Assembly (NCBI GenBank): GCA_041287245.1
Contig: JBEULP010000003.1
Span: 64,001-128,000 of the forward strand
Source: Infirmifilum sp.
GTDB lineage: Archaea > Thermoproteota > Thermoprotei > Thermofilales > Thermofilaceae
Reading direction: 5' to 3'
DNA length: 64,000 nucleotides
The position numbers and the translations under genes were made by a program. Shown one piece after another: positions 1 to 9,158 of the stretch (positions are counted from its first letter, which is position 1; every line of letters starts with the position of its first letter). The notes beneath the pieces are model-generated. The model saw only the letters and a program-made list of their open reading frames with translations, had not been told where the DNA came from and did not search any database.

Positions 1-1506
1 TACAACACGGTACTTTACGTGAGACTCTCTAAGGGTTTCGAGGGCTTTCTGCAGGCATTGCTGGATATTCACAAGTACAAGTTCACTATTTAACGACCCC
101 ACGGGATAGTAATCCACGCCTTGAAAAAGCCCGGTCATCACATGTGTGTCTGTTGTACCGAGTAGGAGGTAGTCTACCAAGCCTCCTACCTCGCGGTGTA
201 CCTGGGCTTTAAACGTTGGATCCATATTGTTACCGTCTACGCTTATTATCCCGACCCTCCTGTTTTCCACCTCGAGGACTAGGCATGAGATCCCTCCTCT
301 ACCCACGCTTGCACCGTCAGTGTAATCCACTCTGGCTAGACCGGTTTTTAGGCCGCCCCTCGAGACTTCACTGTTTAAGGATTCCATGATTGTACGTTCC
401 ACCTCGAGGTATAGCTCCGGATTCTCAGACTGGCTCTCGGGAAGTTGAATGTACTCGTTGTCTATCATATTATGGAGATCTGCTAGCACAACGCCCATTT
501 TCTCAAACTCCTCGCGAAGGTAGGCTGGGAGATCCTCCATAGGCACTTGAGGGTCAAGTAGGCAAAGAGAAATCCCATTGGACATTTTTATGGCGAGAGA
601 GTTTACAAGCTTACCCTCGGCGAAACCAATGGCCGCTGAATCTGCCTCTTCACCCACCGTCTCGCTACTACATATTTTTTCCACAAGGCTCCCCACCTCA
701 CCGCTAACAGCCATGTTTTCCCCGTGGCCGGCTGGAGCCTTGAGAAAAACTGTCGAGTAGCAGCGCGTAAGTATACTTTCCGGGAGAGTACTGCTTCCAA
801 GCGTACGCACAGGTCCTGGGTGAACACCTGAGACAACTACTCTTCCAGTGATTTGCCCGTCGCTGTATACTTCGAAGACGTGCATCGGGATCGTTTTCCG
901 AACGGTGGCGGCTTTCAAGCATTGTTCAACCTCCTCCTTCTCCCCGGATAAAGTATATCTCAGGAACCCCCTAAGATACCTCAGCCCGCCTACCCCTGCT
1001 GCAATCTTAACCCTCCTATTGATGATATAGAGCATAGGAGCAGCTACGAAGAGATATATTACTATAACCGTTAGCGCCGTCGGAAGAAAAGCGGACTGTA
1101 AGATCCATAAGACCGAGAAATAGGATACCAGGTAAGCCGCCAGAGCAACCCTCCTAGCTATCGCCACAAAGACAAGGAAAGAGAGCAACACTGTAGGCAG
1201 TGTGGCTAATGGAAGCTGTTTCTGTAGAAGAAGAACCGGTAATAGAAAAACCAGAAAAATAGCATAAAAACCCAGCGAACGCTTTGCGGTGAGCACCTTT
1301 CTATCGAAGAGGTGGGAAATAACATAGGGAAGCCCTCCAACGGTCAAGGCCGATACAACGTCGCGTGGCGCGTAGCCTCTCAGTAGAGCGACTACGACGT
1401 CCACAGTAAGCAACGCCCCCGTGTATACTATCATTATGCTGAGGCTTGGAAGTCTAAACAGCCACCTGTAACTCTTCCTGAATCCCTCGAAGTGCGTATC
1501 AGTCAT
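1..1506 (-). CDS. DUF2070-family membrane protein (3' end runs off window)
   Basis: Not in ORF track; read manually from ATG at 1506 (MTDTHFEGFRKSY...). Several N-terminal TM segments, then HPGP, DLHN, DGNN and TDTH motifs; frame open to position 1. Confidence 0.75.
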   Translation of the reverse strand, partial: MTDTHFEGFRKSYRWLFRLPSLSIMIVYTGALLTVDVVVALLRGYAPRDVVSALTVGGLPYVISHLFDRKVLTAKRSLGFYAIFLVFLLPVLLLQKQLPLATLPTVLLSFLVFVAIARRVALAAYLVSYFSVLWILQSAFLPTALTVIVIYLFVAAPMLYIINRRVKIAAGVGGLRYLRGFLRYTLSGEKEEVEQCLKAATVRKTIPMHVFEVYSDGQITGRVVVSGVHPGPVRTLGSSTLPESILTRCYSTVFLKAPAGHGENMAVSGEVGSLVEKICSSETVGEEADSAAIGFAEGKLVNSLAIKMSNGISLCLLDPQVPMEDLPAYLREEFEKMGVVLADLHNMIDNEYIQLPESQSENPELYLEVERTIMESLNSEVSRGGLKTGLARVDYTDGASVGRGGISCLVLEVENRRVGIISVDGNNMDPTFKAQVHREVGGLVDYLLLGTTDTHVMTGLFQGVDYYPVGSLNSELVLVNIQQCLQKALETLRESHVKYRVV

Positions 1507-1563
1507 CGCTACGCTTGACGACACATATTAATAAAATGTTTAACCCCACACCTATGGATCGAG

Positions 1564-2298
1564 TTGGCTGCTTGCGAGGGTTTTAAAGATATTGAGGTGG
1601 TGTTTGTACAGCCACTCTACGAGCAGAACATAGGTTATATCGCACGGTGCATGAAGAACTTTTGCCTGCAAAGCCTCGTGCTGGTAAAGCCGCGCTGCAG
1701 CATAGGTCTAGATTCGAGAAGATATGCAATGCACGGGGCAGATATAATAGAGGGAGCTAGAATCTTTGAGGACTTCGAAGCCGTTGTTAAAAACACCGAC
1801 CTGGTCGTCTGCACCACAGGAGTGAAGGGAGGGGGACCGTTGCGCAGGTATGTCTCTCCTAGCGAGGCTGCTGAGATCATAGCTGAAAACACAGGTAGAA
1901 GGGCGATTGTTATCGGAAGAGAAGACTGGGGGCTCTCGAACAATGAGCTTGCCCTGTGTGACCTAATCGTCACTATCGAGACCAACCCTGAATACCCATC
2001 GCTCAACGCCTCCCACGCCGCAGTGATAATGTTCTACGAGCTCTTCAAAGCAATAAAGAAAGTCTCATCCTCAAGAATAGAGAGGCCCAGGCGTGAGGAG
2101 ATAGAAAAACTTCTCGAATACATGGATCTCCTGGGGCGTGAGCTAGGATACAGTGAGGAGAGGCTGTGGAAAAGCCAGGTTCTGATGAGGCGGCTCATAA
2201 CCGAAAACCGATTTTCAAGCATTGATCTACGCTTGCTGCTAAGCTATCTCGGCGACTCGTATCGAAGGTTGAAGGAAAAATGCACGCGCGTTGGCTGA
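1564..2298 (+). CDS. trmJ: TrmJ/TrmH-family SPOUT RNA methyltransferase
   Basis: NIGYIARCMKNF, GREDWGLSN, YPSLNASHA motifs. Confidence 0.85.
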   Translation: MAACEGFKDIEVVFVQPLYEQNIGYIARCMKNFCLQSLVLVKPRCSIGLDSRRYAMHGADIIEGARIFEDFEAVVKNTDLVVCTTGVKGGGPLRRYVSPSEAAEIIAENTGRRAIVIGREDWGLSNNELALCDLIVTIETNPEYPSLNASHAAVIMFYELFKAIKKVSSSRIERPRREEIEKLLEYMDLLGRELGYSEERLWKSQVLMRRLITENRFSSIDLRLLLSYLGDSYRRLKEKCTRVG

Positions 2299-2888
2299 GA
2301 AGAGGTAGCCCGGCTTGGACTGGGTGTTGAAGTAGACGATGATGCTGCGGTTCGCTGACAGGGTGAAGGTTATAGGGTTGCCGTGACTGTAGGTGCCGTC
2401 GTCCCAGATCCAGGCCGCGAAGATCCGGTTGTTATAGGGCGTTGCGGAGAGCGTGATTGTGGAGCCGCACTGGTAGCTCCACGTACTCACTGTCTCGGTG
2501 CTGTTAGATCCGTCGCTCACTTTCCCGGCTCCCTGCGGGTAAACCTCTACCTTGAGTAGGCAGGGGCTAGCCTCTACGCGAGAACCGTTGACGGTCAGTT
2601 ATTTCAAGGAGTGGCAAATGTGGGGCTTAGACTCCACAATGACCTTTGAGGGCGCTGGGAGTCTGAGCACGGAGCCGTTATCTACAAGGGAGTCATTCAC
2701 GCATACAGCTCCGCCCCCGCTGGGCGTACAGCGAGCCCTGCGACAAGGGGCTGAGCATTCTCGAGTTGCGGCATGGCCTGTGGCTGGCGGGTTGTGAGGA
2801 GCCAAGCGGCTACTACGGCTACCGCGATTCCCAGCGCGAGTGCTCGATGTTTCCTACCACCAAGCCCTCCAAGCACCACTAATTTCAT
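2239..2888 (-). pseudogene. Disrupted membrane-anchored beta-repeat surface protein
   Basis: N-terminal TM segment from 2888, frameshift near 2701, in-frame TAA at 2599-2601, then GSTITLSATP...FAAW...NPITFTL repeat-like module. Confidence 0.6.
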
Positions 2889-3135
2889 TACTAGGCATAG
2901 CTTATACCAATTTCGCTTTCTACCCGTGGGGCGAGCCATACCTCTCGGGACGCACTCCATGTACGCTAGACATCAAACACCCCTCGAAGCCCGCTTATGC
3001 CACAACAGAGGAAGAGCTTATAGACAAGATCTACCAGCTTATAGTGGAACTACTGTTTTTAGCAGCTGAACTAGCGCACGATAAAAATTTATAATGTAAT
3101 TCGGAGCCTATAAGCGCATACGCTGGTGATGTTTG

Positions 3136-3639
3136 ATGCCGTTACGACCTGGAAAATGTTACAGACACTTTGGAACCCCGCCTTACACCAGGCTTGAGTA
3201 CATCAAGAGTAACCCTCCAGTCCTCATTCCAAAGTTTGACCTCGGCAATGCCAAGGGTGATTTTAACACTACGCTAAGGCTTGTTGTCATGAAGCCGGGG
3301 CAGATACGTGCAAACGCTCTTGAGGCCGCAAGGCAGCATGTCAACAAGTACCTTTCAAGCAAGGTTGGAGACACTGGCTTCTTCCTACGAATCGCTGTTT
3401 ATCCACATCACATCCTACGCGAGAACAAGATGATGGCTATGGCTGGAGCAGACAGGCTTCAAGATGGTATGCGCCTTTCCTTTGGAACCCCGGTGGGCAG
3501 GGCAGCCCGTGTAGACACAAACCAGCCAATAATCATAGTTAAGATTGACTCTAAAAACGTTGAGCATGCTAAGGAGGCGTTACGAAGGGCTGCATCTAAG
3601 ATTCCACTCCCCACTAGGATTGTGGTTGAGAGCAGGTAG
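3136..3639 (+). CDS. rpl10e: 50S ribosomal protein L10e/L16
   Basis: MPLRPGKCYR, ALEAAR, GADRLQDGMRLSFG. Confidence 0.97.
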   Translation: MPLRPGKCYRHFGTPPYTRLEYIKSNPPVLIPKFDLGNAKGDFNTTLRLVVMKPGQIRANALEAARQHVNKYLSSKVGDTGFFLRIAVYPHHILRENKMMAMAGADRLQDGMRLSFGTPVGRAARVDTNQPIIIVKIDSKNVEHAKEALRRAASKIPLPTRIVVESR

Positions 3640-3666
3640 CTGGCGGGGATCAGCGGTGAAAACGAA

Positions 3667-4356
3667 GTGCAAGAGCTGCATAAGAAGCGGATCGAAGTAG
3701 CCATTAATGTGTGGGGGGAAATTCTCGCCGGGTCTTTTTCCAGCAGAGAGGAACTCACCCAATATCTACGCATGGTTTATGAGGAAAACAACCTGGAGCC
3801 CATACGAGGAAAAACCAAGATAGATATTTATGATAAGGAGTTGGCGACAGTATACATCGTCGGCAAGTACGGACTGGGCTTGGAGCCAGAGCTCGAACAG
3901 TTTTCCGAGCTCTTCAGCATCGAGATAAAGAGTGAAAAAGTCCTTGAAAGGGTTCAGAGAGGAGAGAATCCTAGAACAGCCATGATGGACTTTTTCGGCT
4001 CTATAGATGAAAACATGATTTTTCGCGTTCTACGCCTAGGCATGACCGCCGTTATTCTCGGCTTTATGCCAGAGGAAAGCTTCATCTCTATGCTGTTCAG
4101 TTTTGAAAAGGAGTTCCCTGAGCTCGAAAAAAATATACAAGGCTTTAAAAGGTTCTACATAGCCTACCGGATTGCAGAAGAGATCGCGGCTGGAAAAGTT
4201 AGAAACAGGATAGAGAAGGAGACGCTCAAACACGCGTTGTGCGTCCGCCTAAACGCTGAAAAAGCAGCCCCGCCCGACTGGTTCATCAGGGAGATCGCTG
4301 TAGAGGCACTTAAACTTCCAGAGTACAAGGTCAATGCCTCTCTAAGCCTTGCGTGA
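3667..4356 (+). CDS. Conserved crenarchaeal protein (DUF2192-like)
   Basis: IYDKELATVYIVGKYGLG motif; position downstream of rpl10e. Confidence 0.65.
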   Translation: MQELHKKRIEVAINVWGEILAGSFSSREELTQYLRMVYEENNLEPIRGKTKIDIYDKELATVYIVGKYGLGLEPELEQFSELFSIEIKSEKVLERVQRGENPRTAMMDFFGSIDENMIFRVLRLGMTAVILGFMPEESFISMLFSFEKEFPELEKNIQGFKRFYIAYRIAEEIAAGKVRNRIEKETLKHALCVRLNAEKAAPPDWFIREIAVEALKLPEYKVNASLSLA

Positions 4357-4395
4357 AATTTATATAGTACACCAACCCATCTGAGTAGAAACTAT

Positions 4396-4692
4396 ATGCC
4401 GAAGAAGCGGAAGAGCAGGGGCCGTCATAAAGGCGGGAAGGGAAAGGAAGACCTCGTACAGTGTGACGAATGTGGGGCACTCATTCCCAGATCCAAGGCT
4501 GTGAAAATTACAAAGCCGGTTGTAGCCGTGGACCCCCAGCTTGTAAAGGAGCTTAGAGACAAGGGCGCGATAATCCCACAGTATACTGTTACGAAGTACT
4601 TATGTCTGAGATGCGCCATTCACAGAGGCATTATAAAAATTCGACCTGAGGACGAGCGTAAAAAGGAAAACATTAAATGGAACTTCTTCTAG
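4396..4692 (+). CDS. rps26e: 30S ribosomal protein S26e
   Basis: MPKKRKSRGRHKG, CDEC...CLRCAIH. Confidence 0.95.
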   Translation: MPKKRKSRGRHKGGKGKEDLVQCDECGALIPRSKAVKITKPVVAVDPQLVKELRDKGAIIPQYTVTKYLCLRCAIHRGIIKIRPEDERKKENIKWNFF

Positions 4693-5267
4693 ACTCCGAG
4701 ACATATTCCAGAGTATTTATCCTCTTTTCCAACACGGCAGCCACGGCTCCCGTTTTCTCCGAATGGACGCTAACTACAGAGGGCGGCCGAATGGACGTTG
4801 TCGCCCGCTCAGCATTATACGCCCTCTGGGATACTAAAAACGCCCCGCGCCGTAATACCCTCTTTATAGCTGTTCTCAATGGCCCCCCGAACCCTCCTGT
4901 TTCAATATATATCCCCCCTTTCCCCGTGGAGCTTAGCGAGACAGCCATAGGGCTCGAGATTCTTAAGACGATGAAGGGGCTCCCGGCGAAAATACTTTTG
5001 GAGAGAGCGGGGCTAACAGACTTGATTGAAAAGCTTCAAGGTCGCTATAGACTTACGCTATTGATTGAAAACGGCGTCGACATTAAAAACACCGATATTA
5101 CACCGCGTGAAAAACACGCGTTCATCATCGGAGACCATATCGGGTTTCCCCCAGATATCCTTAAGGAGCTGAGGAGGACGGTAGACCTCCAAGTCAGCAT
5201 CGGCCCGCTCTCCTATCTCGCCAGCCATTGTATTGCCTTCATCAACGAGTGGCTCGACGCGCAGTAG
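4677..5267 (+). CDS. trmY: TrmY-like tRNA pseudouridine N1-methyltransferase (SPOUT)
   Basis: GRMDVVAR, GPP, FIIGDHIG, SIGPLSYLASHCI motifs. Confidence 0.75.
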   Translation: MELLLDSETYSRVFILFSNTAATAPVFSEWTLTTEGGRMDVVARSALYALWDTKNAPRRNTLFIAVLNGPPNPPVSIYIPPFPVELSETAIGLEILKTMKGLPAKILLERAGLTDLIEKLQGRYRLTLLIENGVDIKNTDITPREKHAFIIGDHIGFPPDILKELRRTVDLQVSIGPLSYLASHCIAFINEWLDAQ

Positions 5268-5283
5268 GGTTATCCGTGCACCT

Positions 5284-7158
5284 TTAAATGCCATCAGCTA
5301 GTAGGCGTTTTTCGACCTCCTCACGCGTCCACGGGTCTAATCTCTCCCTTTTAATGTAGTATAGATTCGGCTTTACCAGCTCTGAGATATCAAGAGAGTA
5401 GCACCGCGGACACCTGGACACCTTGGAGGGTAAGATACTTCCGCAAGTATTACACATGGAAAGGCCCGTCACGGTAATGGTGAACTGTTTTATTCCCTTC
5501 CTCTGCACCTCCGAGAGAATCTCTCGAAGTCTTTCAGGTGTTAGGCGTGTCACTCTGAGCTCGAGAATACTTAGAGGAGCTTTTAGAGAGCTCTGTAGCT
5601 TAGACTCGAGCTCTAAAAACTGAGGCGGCGTCCGGATCTCCCGGTTTAGGGAAAATGCCCCCAGCTGATTTACGTTGAGGTAAATGTTCCCCTTGTAGTG
5701 TAGTGCTGTTAACATGTTGAGGAAGGGTGTTGGAGTGAAAAAGGTGGAAAGCGTCTTGACGTCTTCTGTGGCCTCGAGGGTTCTCATATTCTCCAAGACG
5801 TCGAGCGCATGGGTGATGAGGACGTGTTTATAGTTCTCGAAGTTGTTAGTATCGAGAGCCTGTGGAAGTCGTCTTTGAAGCCCAGCTTCAAAGCCTGCTA
5901 GAGATAATTGGAAAATATAGCTCAGGTCTCCGCCTGCCTCCAGCTCCAGGAGCTTGGCAACGTTGACAGAGAGCTTTTTAAGTGAAAGCATATTTCTCTC
6001 TAGAATTGAGAGTGTCTCTGAGACGAAGTCACGCACGCCCCATACTCCCTTCACCCTATCATAAACGAAGGGCATTAGGAAACTCATTGTTCCCAGGTGT
6101 AACACCACGGTATCTTCGTTAGCATGTGCTCGGAGCCCGCCTGAGGGAAAAATACTCCTCGCTGCGAAGACTATCTGGAGCCCCTTATTTATCAAGCGGG
6201 AAAGATGCTGAGTTAAATCATCTGAGGCTTTCTCCCATCCTTGCAGAATAAATAGTATTCTGTTCGGCAGGGAACTCGACTCTAGATTGGACATCACGTG
6301 CTTTACATGCTCCTCGCCGTCCGATAGGTCCAGCAGTAAGGTTAGGGAGTTTCGAGTCCCTGCAACGGGTAATATATCCAAGATGTAGTTCACAAGCCCC
6401 TTATCATCTGGAGATAAACGTAGTACTATATCTGGAAAAAACTCAGCCCTTGATAACAGCGATTTAAGCTTGGCAACGCTTACAGCCGGAAGAAATACCG
6501 AGGCAGCGCCCTCCTCCCATAGAGAGTCAAACAGTATAAGGTTAGATTTCACTAGGTCGTAAAGTCCCGACTCCCCTAGAAACTCAAGAGCCTTCCCTGT
6601 CAACCTAGGCCCGTCCCAGATGCTCATTCTACAGGCTGTTGTAAGTGAGCAGCCGAGCCTCACGGCGGAAGCTTGAGCTATACTATCTACAACCAACTGA
6701 GCCACGCCGTCGGAAAGATCTCCCAGTTCCTTTATCTCTCTGACTATAACGCGTAAAAGCTTTTTCTTGTTACACCCTTGTTGCGAGGAACCAGGGGGCA
6801 ACACAAGCTCAAGGTATTCCTCCAAAGGTAGAGAAAAACCGAAGCCAGTAACGACCCGTGTCTCATGAGCCGTTACGAAGTCAACGCTCTCTACGATGGA
6901 TAATATTTTTCTACCGAGGGGGGTTATAGTGTAAACCTCGCCTTGGTGCTCAATAAGCCCTTGACTCTCCAGTTTTTTTAGGTGATGCGCGAGCGCCGCC
7001 TGTGTTACCCCCACGGAAACCGCTATATCGCCATAACGTTTCGCGCCCTTCTCAAGCAGTTCAAGTATCATTACCCTGTAAGGGTTTGAGATTGCCGACA
7101 AAATGGCGCTGAGATCCTGCAACCTCTTACTTCTCTCCGACCCCCTCGGCATAAACAA
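5284..7158 (-). CDS. ArsR-family wHTH fused to degenerate NrdD-like (class III RNR) body with Zn ribbon
   Basis: N-terminal SNPYRVMILELL...LAHHLKKL...YTITPLG; C-terminal CNTCG...CPRC ribbon. Confidence 0.6.
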   Translation of the reverse strand: MFMPRGSERSKRLQDLSAILSAISNPYRVMILELLEKGAKRYGDIAVSVGVTQAALAHHLKKLESQGLIEHQGEVYTITPLGRKILSIVESVDFVTAHETRVVTGFGFSLPLEEYLELVLPPGSSQQGCNKKKLLRVIVREIKELGDLSDGVAQLVVDSIAQASAVRLGCSLTTACRMSIWDGPRLTGKALEFLGESGLYDLVKSNLILFDSLWEEGAASVFLPAVSVAKLKSLLSRAEFFPDIVLRLSPDDKGLVNYILDILPVAGTRNSLTLLLDLSDGEEHVKHVMSNLESSSLPNRILFILQGWEKASDDLTQHLSRLINKGLQIVFAARSIFPSGGLRAHANEDTVVLHLGTMSFLMPFVYDRVKGVWGVRDFVSETLSILERNMLSLKKLSVNVAKLLELEAGGDLSYIFQLSLAGFEAGLQRRLPQALDTNNFENYKHVLITHALDVLENMRTLEATEDVKTLSTFFTPTPFLNMLTALHYKGNIYLNVNQLGAFSLNREIRTPPQFLELESKLQSSLKAPLSILELRVTRLTPERLREILSEVQRKGIKQFTITVTGLSMCNTCGSILPSKVSRCPRCYSLDISELVKPNLYYIKRERLDPWTREEVEKRLLADGI

Positions 7159-7306
7159 TAGTTTTTTAGGGTCTTCAAGCTAAAATACTCGACGCCTCGC
7201 CCTGGCTTGCAGGGAGGCGCACGGCGATATTTCCATCGAAATACGATGAGAGTCCTAATTATTCTAAATGTTGATATAATGAAAGATGAGTTCTTAAACT
7301 CTAGTC

Positions 7307-7669
7307 GTGCAGGAGGTTCCTATATATCGTAATTATAATGAGTTTAGCTCGAAGGTTGTACAGACAATATTAGAGATGATAAGGCATACAAAAGGCGGCA
7401 TGATAACATTCAACTCCAAGAAAATAGCTGTCCTAGCAGGAATCGACACACACCCGGTTATTCTTACCTTGATAAAGGATGTTCTTGAGAGGCTTAAGGA
7501 AAAAGAATATATACAGGAAGTTGGGCGCACAAAACACGGGGTAAAATACTCCGTAACCTTGGAAAGCCCACTGTGGATGCTCGCGAAAAACTACGAAAAA
7601 ATAAGTCTTAGAAGTCTGGAAGACCTCGACGAAATCGTAAAGAAATTCGTATTACGCGCCGTCGCCTAA
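7307..7669 (+). CDS. Hypothetical protein, probable winged-helix DNA-binding protein
   Basis: Basic 120 aa ORF; helix-helix-wing pattern (VLERLKEKEYIQEVGRTKHGVKY). Confidence 0.6.
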   Translation: MQEVPIYRNYNEFSSKVVQTILEMIRHTKGGMITFNSKKIAVLAGIDTHPVILTLIKDVLERLKEKEYIQEVGRTKHGVKYSVTLESPLWMLAKNYEKISLRSLEDLDEIVKKFVLRAVA

Positions 7670-7799
7670 GCACGCGGTTACTGCTTAACATTTACAGCGG
7701 CGCGAGCGCGCTTACGATCACGCGATGGGAAGACAATTTCTTTCTCGCGCGCTTCGCGAAAATTTAATTTTTTATCGCGTCGAAAGGAATTCAGATATA

Positions 7800-8135
7800 A
7801 TGTCTTATAAGAGCCTGGTAGGACGTGTCTTAGACCTCGCTAGGCGTGCCGCACTCCTCGAGGGGCTTCAACCCCCAGATCCTACCGTCATAATAGTAGA
7901 TAAACTCAACCCCTCGTACAATGTTGTATCAGAGGGGCTTGCGATAGAAGAGTCCAGTGATACCGTTATCGTTGAAAAATCCACAGTGGATAACATGGTA
8001 TATAGAGTGCTTGCAGGGGTATTCTACCTCGCCATTTGGAATACTTATATGGCTAAGACTCCTGAGAAGGCATTCGAGCTCGCTAGGAAGTACCTCTTCA
8101 CAGTTCTAGTCCGCCTTACAAGGGAGGAAAAATGA
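7800..8135 (+). CDS. Hypothetical protein
   Basis: ATG 7800 follows a BRE/TATA at about 7755-7775; ATGA overlap with the next gene. Confidence 0.6.
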   Translation: MSYKSLVGRVLDLARRAALLEGLQPPDPTVIIVDKLNPSYNVVSEGLAIEESSDTVIVEKSTVDNMVYRVLAGVFYLAIWNTYMAKTPEKAFELARKYLFTVLVRLTREEK

Positions 8136-9130
8136 AGGTTCTACTAACCACGGTTCCTGGGCTTGAATTCATAGTTCAGGAAGAGCTCGGCGAAATCATT
8201 GGAAAAACACAGGTAACGTACTCCCCCCTCACTGGAAGGGTCTTCGCCGAAGTGGAGGAAGAAAAACTCCCCTCTATTCTATCTCTTCACTCTGTTGAAG
8301 CTGCAAGGATAATTCTGAGCCAAGCGCCTGAGCTTGAGGAAGCCGTACAAGCCTCCCTCAGCCACCTGGAGCAGCTAACACGCGGGGTGGGCGTGCAGAC
8401 GTTTGCCGTCCTCGCCGAGAGAATCTCGAAGGACGCCCCCTTCACTTCGCTTGACCTCGCACGTGAAATAGGTAAGCTGTTGGCTGAGAAGCTCAACCTG
8501 AGAGTACAGCTGGACGCGCCGGACCTTGTAGTGTACGCCGAGTATAACTCCGGGCAGTACAGCCTGGGTGTTGACCTGGCACCCTTCGCAAGCCTACGCG
8601 ATAGGCCTTACCGAGCCTGGCTTCATAGATCCGCGCTAAACCCCATAATCGCCTATGCGATGTGCCGCCTAGCCATGCCTTTCACAAAGGTACTCGACCC
8701 CTTCTGCGGCGGCGGAACCATAATTCTCGAGTGCCAGGGACTAGCCGCGGCTCAAGAGGCAATATGCTCGGACGTGAACCTAAAGGCTGTGGAGGGAGCC
8801 CATCTCAACGCGCAGCTCGTCCGCGCAGCCCCTCATCTCCTCGTGCAGGACGTCAGGTTTTCCGCATTACGTAGAAAACCCGGGTTAGACGCGGTAATCG
8901 CAAACCCACCTTTCGGCATTCGCGAGCGCGCCGTAGGCGGGATAAAGAGAGTATACAAGGCTCTTTTCAATGCCGCATATGAGTCTCTAGAACCGGGTGG
9001 AAAGCTTGTCGTCCTCAGCCCCCTCAAGAAAACTGTGATAGAAAACGCGGAGCTGTTTCATCTAAACCGGCTAGTCGAGATCAGCGAGGGCGGGCTTAGA
9101 AGCTGGGTGTTTGTCTTCACTCGAGGATAA
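8132..9130 (+). CDS. THUMP-domain tRNA guanine-N2 methyltransferase (Trm14/TrmN-like)
   Basis: TTVPGLE N-terminus, THUMP region, DPFCGGGTI, NPPFG. Confidence 0.85.
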   Translation: MKVLLTTVPGLEFIVQEELGEIIGKTQVTYSPLTGRVFAEVEEEKLPSILSLHSVEAARIILSQAPELEEAVQASLSHLEQLTRGVGVQTFAVLAERISKDAPFTSLDLAREIGKLLAEKLNLRVQLDAPDLVVYAEYNSGQYSLGVDLAPFASLRDRPYRAWLHRSALNPIIAYAMCRLAMPFTKVLDPFCGGGTIILECQGLAAAQEAICSDVNLKAVEGAHLNAQLVRAAPHLLVQDVRFSALRRKPGLDAVIANPPFGIRERAVGGIKRVYKALFNAAYESLEPGGKLVVLSPLKKTVIENAELFHLNRLVEISEGGLRSWVFVFTRG

Positions 9131-9158
9131 CAAGAAATAAATTGAGGGCTCTTTAGTT

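Noticed and set aside
578..1030. Four short ORFs in the track
   Set aside because: They are shadows of the long minus-strand DUF2070-like frame (1506 to <1).
2840..3094. 84-aa plus-strand ORF
   Set aside because: It overlaps the pseudogene start and the rpl10e promoter and has no recognisable motif; I cannot support it.
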